NCBI GenBank assembly: GCA_021824285.1 | Contig: JAKAKZ010000003.1 | Coordinates: 571-64,570 of the forward strand | Length of the DNA stretch: 64,000 nucleotides | Direction of reading: 5' to 3' | Source: a bacterium | GTDB taxonomy: Bacteria; Patescibacteriota; Patescibacteriia; SG8-24 | Part shown: one piece after another, positions 46,776 through 55,917 of the stretch | Numbering within the stretch: position 1 is the stretch's first letter | How the letters are laid out: each line of letters begins with the position of its first letter | Position numbers and translations under genes: made by a program | Notes under the pieces: model-generated | Database searches by the model: none | What the model was told of the DNA's origin: nothing | Seen by the model: the letters and a program-made list of their open reading frames with translations, nothing else

Positions 46776-47445
46776 TATGAAGACGACGGTCGTCGTACCG
46801 GCGTTCAACGAGGCCCGGACAGTCGGCGGCGTGGTCCGCGGGCTGCGGCCGGTCTGCGGTCAGGTCATCGTCGTGGATGACGGGTCTTCAGACGGGACGG
46901 CTGCCGCGGCCGCTGCGGCGGGCGCGACGGTCCTGCGCCACGGGCTGAATCGCGGCCTGGGCGCGGCGCTCGGCACTGGCATTACGGCCGCGGTCCGGAG
47001 CGGTGCCGATATCGTGGTGACCTTCGACGCCGACGGCCAGCATAAGCCGGAAGACGTGTCCCGCATGGTGGAGCCCATTGCCGCCGGACGCGCCGACGCG
47101 GTGATCGGCAGCCGCCTGCTCGACCGGCGCAAGATGCCGCTGACGCGGCGGCTCGCCAACTGGATCGGCAACGCCCTGACTTGGTCGCTGTTCGGCCTGT
47201 GGGTCTCGGACAGTCAGTCCGGACTGCGCGCCTTCTCCCGCCAAGCCGCGACGGAGCTGGAGATCCGCACTGACCGCATGGAGGTCTCGTCAGAGATCGT
47301 CAAGGAAGTGCGGCGGCACGGCTGGCGGCTGGCGGAAACGCCCATCGAGCCGGTCTACACCGAGTATTCGCTGTCCAAGGGCCAGGGTTTTCTCGTCGGC
47401 CTGAAGACCGCCGGCAGGCTGGTCCTGCGGCGGCTCATGGGCTAG
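46768..47445 (+). CDS. Glycosyltransferase family 2 (DPM-synthase-like)
   Basis: VPAFNE, VVDDGSSD, DADGQH, DSQSGLRA. Confidence 0.92.
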   Translation: MSDMKTTVVVPAFNEARTVGGVVRGLRPVCGQVIVVDDGSSDGTAAAAAAAGATVLRHGLNRGLGAALGTGITAAVRSGADIVVTFDADGQHKPEDVSRMVEPIAAGRADAVIGSRLLDRRKMPLTRRLANWIGNALTWSLFGLWVSDSQSGLRAFSRQAATELEIRTDRMEVSSEIVKEVRRHGWRLAETPIEPVYTEYSLSKGQGFLVGLKTAGRLVLRRLMG

Positions 47446-47484
47446 CGGACCGAGTTGAGAGTTAAAAGTTATTGTCCAAAACTT

Positions 47485-47548
47485 TCAACTTTTCCCGCCG
47501 TTGGCGGGACCCCGCCCCCTTTGACTAAAAATGAGTGGCGGGGAAACT
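47485..47548. repeat. 64-bp interspersed double-hairpin repeat, copy 2
   Basis: Matches 12754-12817 with 2 mismatches; sits inside AACTTTC 7-mers. Confidence 0.9.
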
Positions 47549-47573
47549 TTCAACTTTCAACCATCGGATAGAT

Positions 47574-47918
47574 ATGACGGTTATCCAACTCCTAATCATC
47601 GCCTTCGCCCTGTTCGCGATCTCACGGACCGTCTTGCGGCTGCGCGACGGTTCCGTGGCCCTGGGCTGGGGAGTCTTTTGGCTGGTATTTTGGGGGGCGG
47701 TCACGGTGGTGACGGTCCTGCCGCAGACGGCTTCGGCCTTCGCCGCGCTTCTGGGCGTCGGCCGCGGCGCGGACGCGGTCATGTACCTGGCGCTTGTCGT
47801 CCTATACTATGTGGTGTTCCGCATCTTCGTGCGGTTGGAGAAGATCGAGCACGACATCACGCGTCTGGTACGCGACCGCGCCCTCAGCGACCTGCCGGAA
47901 AAGGAGGACCACCGCTGA
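47574..47918 (+). CDS. DUF2304-family membrane protein
   Basis: Three TM helices, LGVGRGADAV, IEHDITRLVR; usual partner of the GT2 upstream. Confidence 0.85.
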   Translation: MTVIQLLIIAFALFAISRTVLRLRDGSVALGWGVFWLVFWGAVTVVTVLPQTASAFAALLGVGRGADAVMYLALVVLYYVVFRIFVRLEKIEHDITRLVRDRALSDLPEKEDHR

Positions 47919-47919
47919 T

Positions 47920-48231
47920 ATGTCCGCCATTCCGGAAAAGCCCACGCTGGCCGATTGGCAGCGTGTGATCAAGGAGACGGTCGCGGAAAAGCATTGGGCG
48001 GTCGATCCGAACGAGGTGTTCGTGCTGTTCGCCGAGGAGGTGGGGGAGCTGGCCAAGGAGCTGCGCAAAAAATGGAAGTTCGGCACGGCCGGAACGCAGG
48101 AGTCGGCGGCCGGCGAGCTTGCCGACGTCTTCATGTACCTGGCCGATCTGGCCAACCACTTTGAGGTCGACCTGGAGTCCGCGATCAGGCGGAAGATGGA
48201 GAAGAACGAGGGACGGACATGGGAGTTCTAA
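47920..48231 (+). CDS. MazG-like all-alpha NTP pyrophosphohydrolase
   Basis: EEVGELAKE...ELADVFMYL..LAN...KMEKNEGR. Confidence 0.88.
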   Translation: MSAIPEKPTLADWQRVIKETVAEKHWAVDPNEVFVLFAEEVGELAKELRKKWKFGTAGTQESAAGELADVFMYLADLANHFEVDLESAIRRKMEKNEGRTWEF

Positions 48232-48270
48232 TGGCGGCATGCGGCTAAGCGCACAGTTCAGATTTTCAGC

Positions 48271-49416
48271 ATGAACAAAAGAATCGCCATCGTCACACCG
48301 ACTTTCCCGCCCTATCGCGGCGGTATCGGTCGGGTTGCGGAAATGGACGCGGTCCAGCTCGCGGAGCTCGGCTATGTTGTTAACGTCTACGCGCCGAACC
48401 GCTCCGCTGTCGCGGCTCCTGGCGCACCCTTCGTGCTGCGCCGCCTGCCGGCCTGGTTCCGCATCGGCAATGCCGCCTTCACGCCGGCGGTCGGTCGGCT
48501 GCTCCACGAGAATGACGCGGTCATCCTGCATTACCCTTTCTACGGCGGCGCCGAGTTCTGCCTGCGCCGCGGCGCGGGACAGGGGAAGCTGCTTGTCACA
48601 TATCACATGGACACGGTCGGACGGGGGCTCAAGAGCGCCTTCTTCCGTTTCCATCGCGCCCTGGTGCTGCCGCGGCTCATCGCGGCGGCCGATAAGGTCA
48701 TCGTCACCTCCACGGACTATGCGCGCACCGGTTACCTCAAGCCGTTCATCGACAAGGTGCCGGAAAAATTCACGGAATTGCCGCCGTCCGTGGATATTCG
48801 GCGGTTCCGTCCCGGACCAAAGTCGGCTGGCCTGCTGACGCATCACGGTATCGCCAACGGCCGGCGCGTGATTGTGTTCTTAGGTGGCCTCGATAAGGCC
48901 CACTACTTCAAAGGCGTGAGCCGGCTGATCCTCGCCATGACCTCGCGCGCTTTGAGCGATGCCTGCCTGGTCATCGTCGGCGAAGGTTCGGAGCGCCGCG
49001 AGTTCCGCGCTTACGCCGACCGGCTGGGTCTCGGCAGCCGGGTCATCTTTGCTGGCGGCGTGGGCGACGAGGAGCTGCCAGCCTACCTGCGCTTGGGTGA
49101 TGTCTTCGCCTTCCCGTCGATTGACCGGTCCGAAGCTTTCGGCATCGCGGCTCTGGAGGCGCTCGCGAGCGGCATACCAGTCGTGGCGTCTGACCTGCCA
49201 GGCGTGCGCACCATCGTGCGCGACGAGGTGACCGGCTACCTGTCCGTGCCCGGCAGCGCCGCCTCCGTGTCCATGAGATTGGCCGCCCTGCTCGGCGATG
49301 AGGCGATACGGCGGCGCATGGGACAGGCCGGCCGCGAGCTGGCGACGAAAGGCTATTCCGACGAGGCGCGCCGCGAACGCTGGCGCGCCATCATGGGGGA
49401 AACCATCGGCACATGA
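48271..49416 (+). CDS. Glycosyltransferase family 4
   Basis: PPYRGGI, AHYFKG, SEAFGIAALEALASG. Confidence 0.92.
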   Translation: MNKRIAIVTPTFPPYRGGIGRVAEMDAVQLAELGYVVNVYAPNRSAVAAPGAPFVLRRLPAWFRIGNAAFTPAVGRLLHENDAVILHYPFYGGAEFCLRRGAGQGKLLVTYHMDTVGRGLKSAFFRFHRALVLPRLIAAADKVIVTSTDYARTGYLKPFIDKVPEKFTELPPSVDIRRFRPGPKSAGLLTHHGIANGRRVIVFLGGLDKAHYFKGVSRLILAMTSRALSDACLVIVGEGSERREFRAYADRLGLGSRVIFAGGVGDEELPAYLRLGDVFAFPSIDRSEAFGIAALEALASGIPVVASDLPGVRTIVRDEVTGYLSVPGSAASVSMRLAALLGDEAIRRRMGQAGRELATKGYSDEARRERWRAIMGETIGT

Positions 49417-50630
49417 GAATCTGCCTGATCAACAACCTGTACGGCGCGGCTGCGCGCGGCGGAGCCGAAAGGATCGTCGAGCTGGAAGCCGAGGCACTGG
49501 CTGCCCGCGGTCACGCCGTTTCGGTCGTGAGCGCCGTGCGTCCGGTCGACCTGCCGGGGGCAGTCTGCTCGCCGGACGGCTGCGGCCCGGCGGCGACCGA
49601 CCCGCGGGCCGGACGCGTGACGCACCGGCCTTTCGTGGCGCCCAACCTCTTCCCGTACTCGGAGCTCGGGCGGCACGGTCTGATGGCGCGTTTTATCTGG
49701 CATCTGCGGGACATGTTCAATTTTGCCGCAGCCCGACGGCTCGGCCGCCTGCTCGACGAGCTGCGGCCGGACGTCGTGCACACCCATAACCTGATGGGCG
49801 TCGGTTTCCTGACGCCGGCGCTGCTGCGACGCCGCAAGATCCGGCATGTGCATACGGTCCATGACGTGCAGCTGCTGCACCCATCGGGCCTCATGAGTCC
49901 GGCGGCGGCCGCGCATCCTTCGCCGGCAGCCCGCATCTATGAGCGGCTCATGGCCGCGCTCATGGGTTCGCCGGCGGTCGTGTTCTATCCCTCCGACTTC
50001 CTTTGTTCTCTGCATCAGACGGCGTGTTTTTTTCCGGATTCGCGGAAAACGGTCTTGCGCAATCCGGCTGCCCCGGCCAGCGATATTTCGCGACCGGTCC
50101 CTGCGGCCCGGAAATTGCTTTTTGTCGGCCAGTTGGAGCCGCACAAGGGGATTGGAACGGTCCTTGCGGCCTGGCGTCAAGCCGCACCGCCGGATGCCTT
50201 TTTGTCGGTCATTGGAAACGGTTCGCTTGCTGCGACGCTGCGGGCCGCGGCCGCCGATCTGCCGGCCGTCCGGTTCCTCGGACGATTGTCGTCGGCTGAA
50301 GTAGCACGGGAAATGGCCGATGCCTATGGCCTGCTGTTCGCGTCCGAAATCGTGGAAAATTCCCCGACCGTGATCCTGGAGGCCTTCAGTTCCGGATTGC
50401 CGACCATCGCCACGGCCGTCGGCGGCGTGCCAGAATTGGTGCGGGACGGACGGAACGGGTTATTGTTCCCGCCAGGAGATGCCGTCGTTTTGGCCATGAA
50501 AATAAGAGAACTGACGGACTTGCCGGCCAGCGCCTGGGAAGGGATGTCTGCGGCTGCCCGGGAGTCGTCGCGGCTCCATGACCCTGCTCGCCACATCGAG
50601 GTTTTGGAGGAGGCCTACCGCAGCGCCTGA
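49413..50630 (+). CDS. Glycosyltransferase family 4
   Basis: GGAER, FVGQLEPHKG, ENSPTVILEAFSSG; ATGA overlap with the upstream gene. Confidence 0.92.
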   Translation: MRICLINNLYGAAARGGAERIVELEAEALAARGHAVSVVSAVRPVDLPGAVCSPDGCGPAATDPRAGRVTHRPFVAPNLFPYSELGRHGLMARFIWHLRDMFNFAAARRLGRLLDELRPDVVHTHNLMGVGFLTPALLRRRKIRHVHTVHDVQLLHPSGLMSPAAAAHPSPAARIYERLMAALMGSPAVVFYPSDFLCSLHQTACFFPDSRKTVLRNPAAPASDISRPVPAARKLLFVGQLEPHKGIGTVLAAWRQAAPPDAFLSVIGNGSLAATLRAAAADLPAVRFLGRLSSAEVAREMADAYGLLFASEIVENSPTVILEAFSSGLPTIATAVGGVPELVRDGRNGLLFPPGDAVVLAMKIRELTDLPASAWEGMSAAARESSRLHDPARHIEVLEEAYRSA

Positions 50631-50651
50631 AGTAAAGGGAAAAGACCGCCT

Positions 50652-51335
50652 TCAGGAGGCGGTCTTCTGTATTTCTGTTGGCGCTTCGCCCAGTTGGGCG
50701 ACGATCCAGGTGCCGCGGTCAGCGGTCAGACGGGCGATGGGCACGGCGCTCGTCAGCAGTCCGACCAGCGGTTCCAGTTCGGCCACAGCGGCCAGATCCC
50801 CGATGCCGGCGTAAGCGATGCACCAGTAGAGCGCGCTGCACACCGATTCGCCGGCCGGGTTCGTCGGAATGCAGCTGAAGCCGTCATGGAACCTGAAACC
50901 GCAGGGTTCGCCGATGGCGCGACGCAGGAACAGGCCGATCGAGTCCGCGTACGGACCGCGGCCGAACCAGCCGTACCGTTCTTCGGTCTGGCGGCCCAGC
51001 CGTTGCCGATGCGCCAGCCAGAGCCTGACGGCCAGACTGTCATTAAAATTCAACTCTGGACCGTAGACGAACGGAGCATCCGGCTCGGTGAAATCCGCAA
51101 AGGGCTTAGGTGCCAGCTGGAGCCGCACTGCCTTGACCGTGCAGCCGGTCGCCGCGGCGATGGCGGCGGCGATGGCCTGCGTGTCGGGCGGCGGCGTGGC
51201 GTCCGCCGCGTTGAGCGATCCCGTCGCGGCCCGCTGCAGGACGGGCTCGACCAGGCGCAGGAGGCGCTCGATCAGATCACCAGGCACATCGTGGCGGCGG
51301 AGCGTTTCCGCGAGCTCATACCCAGATCTCGTCAT
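50652..51335 (-). CDS. Hypothetical protein (227 aa)
   Basis: GGAG upstream; flanked by terminator hairpins; no recognised motif. Confidence 0.65.
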   Translation of the reverse strand: MTRSGYELAETLRRHDVPGDLIERLLRLVEPVLQRAATGSLNAADATPPPDTQAIAAAIAAATGCTVKAVRLQLAPKPFADFTEPDAPFVYGPELNFNDSLAVRLWLAHRQRLGRQTEERYGWFGRGPYADSIGLFLRRAIGEPCGFRFHDGFSCIPTNPAGESVCSALYWCIAYAGIGDLAAVAELEPLVGLLTSAVPIARLTADRGTWIVAQLGEAPTEIQKTAS

Positions 51336-51471
51336 CCGTTTTCTCCAGGAAAAGGTCTAATTTGGCTAAGCCTGGCAGTTTTTGACGTATCAGTCAAGGG
51401 ATGGGTGATGATGGGCAAAACGAAAGGCGCGTCCGGATGACGCGCCGTTTTATGGATTATTCCGCCGCCGT

Positions 51472-53622
51472 TCATTTTCGCAGATATTTGAACACGTAGT
51501 CGCGGCCATCGGAGGTGACCCATTTGGCGTCTGCTTCCCGGCCGGCGCCGATGATGATTTTCTGGGCCTGGGACCAGTAGTGGTTCACGACGAAATAGAC
51601 CACGTCCGTGCCGAGGAAATCCATGGCCGCGAGCGCGCTGGCGCGGGAACCGTAAGAGGCGTTCATTTTTTCGAAGGCAGCATAGAGCGGACCGCCGGTC
51701 GGAACCGGATAATAGAAGACCGCTCCCGGACGTTCGGGATCGCGCGACATGAAGTAATGCCGGAAACCGAATTCGCGGATGGCGGCGGCGGACACGGCCT
51801 GGTCGGCCAGTACGGCATAAGTCCGTCCGCCGGCATCTGCGGTGATGCTCTGGACTGCCTCGACGTCTGCGGCGCTCGTGGACCAGCCGCGGCTGCTTTC
51901 GTACTTGTCGCGGCGCGGATAGGCGAGATAGCAGGAAGCGGTGATGACGGCGGCGCAGAGGAAAACCAGACCGGTCCGGAGGATGGCCGCCCGCCGTTCA
52001 AGGCGTTCCGCAAGCAGACCGGCGACATAGGCCACGGTCGGCGCCACGGACAGGAGAGCGAGATCGCGCATGCGGTCCGCGTAGAAAGCGCGTTCGTTGT
52101 CGACCAGGAAGTCGAACCGGACCACGGTCCGCAGCAGGACGAAATCAAGCGCGAAGACGAATAGGGCGACGGCATAGGCGACCGCATCCCGCGAGCGGCG
52201 GCGCAGGAGGAAGATGCCGAGCAGACCGACAGCGGTAAGGGCGGTGCCGCGCACCGCCTGCCAGGCGTAGGTGAAATCCAGGAGCGGCAGGAATCGGCGC
52301 GTGATGACGGCTTGGCTGCGGAGCGCGTCAAACAGCGTTCCGGCATCGCTGAGCGCGTTGCGGTCGAGCGTGACCGCGGCATCGGCCGAGAGCCGCGAAT
52401 TAATGATGAAGAGCGCCGGCACGGCCAGGGCGCCGGAAAGCGCCAGCAGGAACATGGCCAGACGGCGCGGTGTCGGGCTCCAATCGCGTACGGTCCGCGA
52501 GAGCAGGAGGGCGGCGGCGAAGAAGGCCAGGGGCACGCCGGCCAGCGGATGAACGGCGGCCGCGGCCGCGGTCAGGAGGAGGGCCGGCAACGGGGAAGCG
52601 CCGTCTTGGCCGACGGCAACCGGCAGGGCCAGGAAAAAACCGGCCAGCGCGAAGACGTCGGCCAGCCCCTGCGGCGTCGTCACGATGAACGGGGCCAGGG
52701 GAAAAACCAGCAGCGTCGAAACGGCGAAGGCGGCGCGACGCGGCGGCCAGCGGAAGCTCTGGCGCAGGGAACGGAAAGCGAGCGGCAAGACCGCGCCGAA
52801 GGCTACGGGCACGAGATAGCGGTCGATTTCCAGGACATGCCCGCCCAAGAGTTTGGCAATCGCCGTGACCACGGCATATTGGCCGATATAATAGACGGTT
52901 TTCGGCGTCATGACGCCAACGGCGAAAATCGCGCGCTCGGCGGATTGGTGGATGAACTGGTCGAACCCGAAGCCGACCGCGTAGACGGCTGCGGCAGCCA
53001 AGGTGATGACCGAACCGACGGCGACAAGCGGCACGATGGCGAATTCGCCCGCGTAGCCGGATACCGCCAGCCCGACGGCGAGCGCCGCAGCCATGAAGAC
53101 CACGGCGAAGAAGGCGCCCGGCACGGCATCCCATGGCGTGCGGATGGTGTCCGCGGTCGCGGCGCCGGAAAGCAGGGCGGCCGCGTAGACGCAGAGCGCG
53201 ACGGCGACGGCCGCGAGCGCCAGTCCGGTGAGGAAATGCCGCCGCCCGAGCCGCGATGGCTTGGTCTGATTGTCGCGGAAGAGCCCGACCGGGCGCGGCG
53301 GTGGCGGCAGCAATTCCGCGAACGGCAGCAGAGCCAGCAGGATGGCGACGCGGGCCGTATCCAGCCGGTCCGCCCAATAGATGAGAGCGCCAAGCACCGC
53401 GACGCCGGCAAAAGCCATCCAGGTGCCGAAGTAGGTCTGCCAAGCCACGGAAAGGTCGGGGAAGAGGCGGCGGCCCAAGATGGCACCCAGACCGAAAAGA
53501 TAAGCCAGGGCAAGAAGCGCGCGGACCGGAAGCGGTAACGGCAAAAGTACGGTCAGCGGACCGAGGATTGTTAAAATAAGCCCAAAACGGCTATAATTTC
53601 GGAGTAATCTGATGCTTCCCAT
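51472..53622 (-). CDS. Large polytopic membrane protein (possible GT-C fold)
   Basis: Many TM helices, GFGFDQFIHQ loop, soluble C-terminal domain YYPVPTGGPLY. Confidence 0.82.
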   Translation of the reverse strand: MGSIRLLRNYSRFGLILTILGPLTVLLPLPLPVRALLALAYLFGLGAILGRRLFPDLSVAWQTYFGTWMAFAGVAVLGALIYWADRLDTARVAILLALLPFAELLPPPPRPVGLFRDNQTKPSRLGRRHFLTGLALAAVAVALCVYAAALLSGAATADTIRTPWDAVPGAFFAVVFMAAALAVGLAVSGYAGEFAIVPLVAVGSVITLAAAAVYAVGFGFDQFIHQSAERAIFAVGVMTPKTVYYIGQYAVVTAIAKLLGGHVLEIDRYLVPVAFGAVLPLAFRSLRQSFRWPPRRAAFAVSTLLVFPLAPFIVTTPQGLADVFALAGFFLALPVAVGQDGASPLPALLLTAAAAAVHPLAGVPLAFFAAALLLSRTVRDWSPTPRRLAMFLLALSGALAVPALFIINSRLSADAAVTLDRNALSDAGTLFDALRSQAVITRRFLPLLDFTYAWQAVRGTALTAVGLLGIFLLRRRSRDAVAYAVALFVFALDFVLLRTVVRFDFLVDNERAFYADRMRDLALLSVAPTVAYVAGLLAERLERRAAILRTGLVFLCAAVITASCYLAYPRRDKYESSRGWSTSAADVEAVQSITADAGGRTYAVLADQAVSAAAIREFGFRHYFMSRDPERPGAVFYYPVPTGGPLYAAFEKMNASYGSRASALAAMDFLGTDVVYFVVNHYWSQAQKIIIGAGREADAKWVTSDGRDYVFKYLRK

Positions 53623-54247
53623 GGGCCAAATTGTAGCACAAAAACGCGCCCTTTCGGCCATTCCGGAGCCGATCTGGAATGATCACATCCGCGTGACTCG
53701 CGTGGACCGGTTTTTTGCGGCCACTTTCGGGCGCCTGATTCCGGCTTCCGTCAAGCCTAATCACCTGACGGTCCTCCGCATTTTCCTCGTACCGTTCGTG
53801 ATTCTGGCCCTGGCTCTCGAGTCCTACCGTTGGGCCGTGCCCCTGTTCTTCTTCGCGGCGCTGACGGATTGGTTCGACGGCGCTCTGGCCAGGACGCGCC
53901 GCTCCGTGACCGAATGGGGCATCGTCTATGATCCGGTCGCCGATAAGCTGCTCATCGGCGCGACTCTTTTCGTAATCGTGCTGCAGCACATGAACTACGC
54001 GCTTGGCCTGCTGCTTTTGGCGGTGGAAGCAGTGATTATCGCGGTCGGTTGGTGGCGCGTGCGCCGCGGTAAGGTGGAGCCGGCAAATCTCTGGGGCAAA
54101 TTCAAGATGGTGAGCGAAGTCGTCGGCATCACCGTGCTGCTCCTCGCCCTCTGGTTAGGCGTGGATATGCTGGTGCGCGTTTCGGCCGGCACGTTGGCCT
54201 TGGCCGTGGTGTTCGCGATCGTCAGCGTCCTTACGCGAATCAAATGA
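53621..54247 (+). CDS. CDP-alcohol phosphatidyltransferase (PgsA-like); start uncertain
   Basis: PNHLTVLR and DWFDGALAR...G..YDPVADK signature. Confidence 0.9.
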   Translation: MGQIVAQKRALSAIPEPIWNDHIRVTRVDRFFAATFGRLIPASVKPNHLTVLRIFLVPFVILALALESYRWAVPLFFFAALTDWFDGALARTRRSVTEWGIVYDPVADKLLIGATLFVIVLQHMNYALGLLLLAVEAVIIAVGWWRVRRGKVEPANLWGKFKMVSEVVGITVLLLALWLGVDMLVRVSAGTLALAVVFAIVSVLTRIK

Positions 54248-55917
54248 CCTCCGGTGTCCGCAAAATATGGTTGGGCGCGGCGGCGGTCGTGGTACTGGCC
54301 GCCGGTTATTCTTTTTTGGCCTGGGCCGCGCCGGCGCGGCCCATTTCGCCTGACGAGTCGGCGAACATGTTTTTCGCGCGTGAGGTCGCGGAGCGTTCGC
54401 GTCTGGCGGTACCGGAACCGCTGAACGCGCTGGTCGGCGGCATCATCCATCCGCGGAGCGTCCGTGCCGTCGGCGACCGGCTGCTGCCCGGCGGTTTCAT
54501 CGGCTGGCCCGTGGCTCTGGGAGCGCTGGGCAAGGCCATCGGCCTGGACGCCGTGCCGTATGCCGCAGCTCTCCTGGCGGCGCTCGCGGTCTTGGCTTGG
54601 GGGGCGCTCGTGAGCCGGTTTTTCGGCCGTGCCGTGGGTTTTGCCGCGGCCGCGCTCCTGGCGATCCAGCCGGTCTGGTGGTATTGGGCCTCCCGTCCTT
54701 ACATGCCGAATGCCGGCTTTCTCGTATTGCTGATCGGCAGTCTCTGGTTTGCCGTCGCCGCGGCCTTCCCGCGTCCGGGACGGTGGGCGCGCGTGCCTTT
54801 CTGGGCGGAAGCCGCCGTCGGCGGACTGCTTTTTGCCGTCACGTTCGCGGTCCGGCCGGCGGAGGCGCATTGGCTGGCCCTCGGCGGATTGCTGACAGTC
54901 GTCCTGTTCCGGCGCGCCTTGGATTGGCGGCGCCTTGCGGCTTTCCTCGCGGCGGCGGCTCTTGGCGCCTTGCCGTGGCTGGCGGAAAATTTCCATCTTT
55001 ACGGCAGTCTTCTCGCCACGGGCTACGGCCAAGACGCGCTCGGGATTCCGGTGGATGAGGCTCCGCAAGGCGGGGGAGCGCGTCTGCTCGGCGCCCTGCG
55101 GCCTTATCTTTTTCCGCTTGGCTTCGCGCCGCGTACGGCGTTGCAGCGTTTTTGGGAATATGCCGTTGCCGGCCAGCCGCTCTGGGCCGGGTTGGTGTTT
55201 GCCGCCTTCTTATTAGCATTTTGGCGCCTGCTTAATGCGGACCGCCGGTCGTCGCCTGATAGGAGAAATGCGTTGGGCGCAGAGCCCTATCGGGTAGCCG
55301 CCATCCTCGCCGCCGTTTCGTTCTGGCTGGTCCTATATTATGGCAGCTATGCGGTCCAGGATTTGCCGGCGGACGGCAGCGTGACGTTGGGGGTTTCGTA
55401 TTATCGGTACTGGTTGCCGATTTTCGTCGTCGGCACCGTTCCGGCGGCTTGGGCCGCGACCGTGCTGGGCGAACGGCTGGGCCGTTGGCGTCCGGCGGTC
55501 ATGTCCGTCTGTTACGGTCTGCTGGCCTTCGCTTCGTTCTGGCAGGTGTTCCATCAGCCGGGGAGCGGGCTCTTGGCCCTGCGCGCGACGCTTTCGCGCC
55601 AGGACGGCGAAGTGCAGGCCGTGCTGGCCGCTACGGAACCGGATGCGGTCATCGTCTGCGATCAGGCCGACAAGCTGCTCTTCCCGGAACGTCGCGTCAT
55701 CACGCCGCTGCGCAGCGAAGCGACCTACGAAGCGCTTGGCCGTCTGGCCGGTCGCGTGCCGCTCTATTACTACGGCATCAGCCTTCCGCCCCAGGACATC
55801 AGTTTTCTGCGTGATGTCCGCCTGGAACCGTTCGGCCTTGGAGTTGAGACGGTGCGGCCATTCCGGTTGGAGACGCTTTATCGCCTGCCGGTCGTAGGCC
55901 GGCCTGACGCTCTATGA
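54244..55917 (+). CDS. ArnT/PMT-like GT-C membrane glycosyltransferase
   Basis: SPDE motif after TM1, many TM helices, VRPAE, YYRYWLP. Confidence 0.78.
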   Translation: MTSGVRKIWLGAAAVVVLAAGYSFLAWAAPARPISPDESANMFFAREVAERSRLAVPEPLNALVGGIIHPRSVRAVGDRLLPGGFIGWPVALGALGKAIGLDAVPYAAALLAALAVLAWGALVSRFFGRAVGFAAAALLAIQPVWWYWASRPYMPNAGFLVLLIGSLWFAVAAAFPRPGRWARVPFWAEAAVGGLLFAVTFAVRPAEAHWLALGGLLTVVLFRRALDWRRLAAFLAAAALGALPWLAENFHLYGSLLATGYGQDALGIPVDEAPQGGGARLLGALRPYLFPLGFAPRTALQRFWEYAVAGQPLWAGLVFAAFLLAFWRLLNADRRSSPDRRNALGAEPYRVAAILAAVSFWLVLYYGSYAVQDLPADGSVTLGVSYYRYWLPIFVVGTVPAAWAATVLGERLGRWRPAVMSVCYGLLAFASFWQVFHQPGSGLLALRATLSRQDGEVQAVLAATEPDAVIVCDQADKLLFPERRVITPLRSEATYEALGRLAGRVPLYYYGISLPPQDISFLRDVRLEPFGLGVETVRPFRLETLYRLPVVGRPDAL

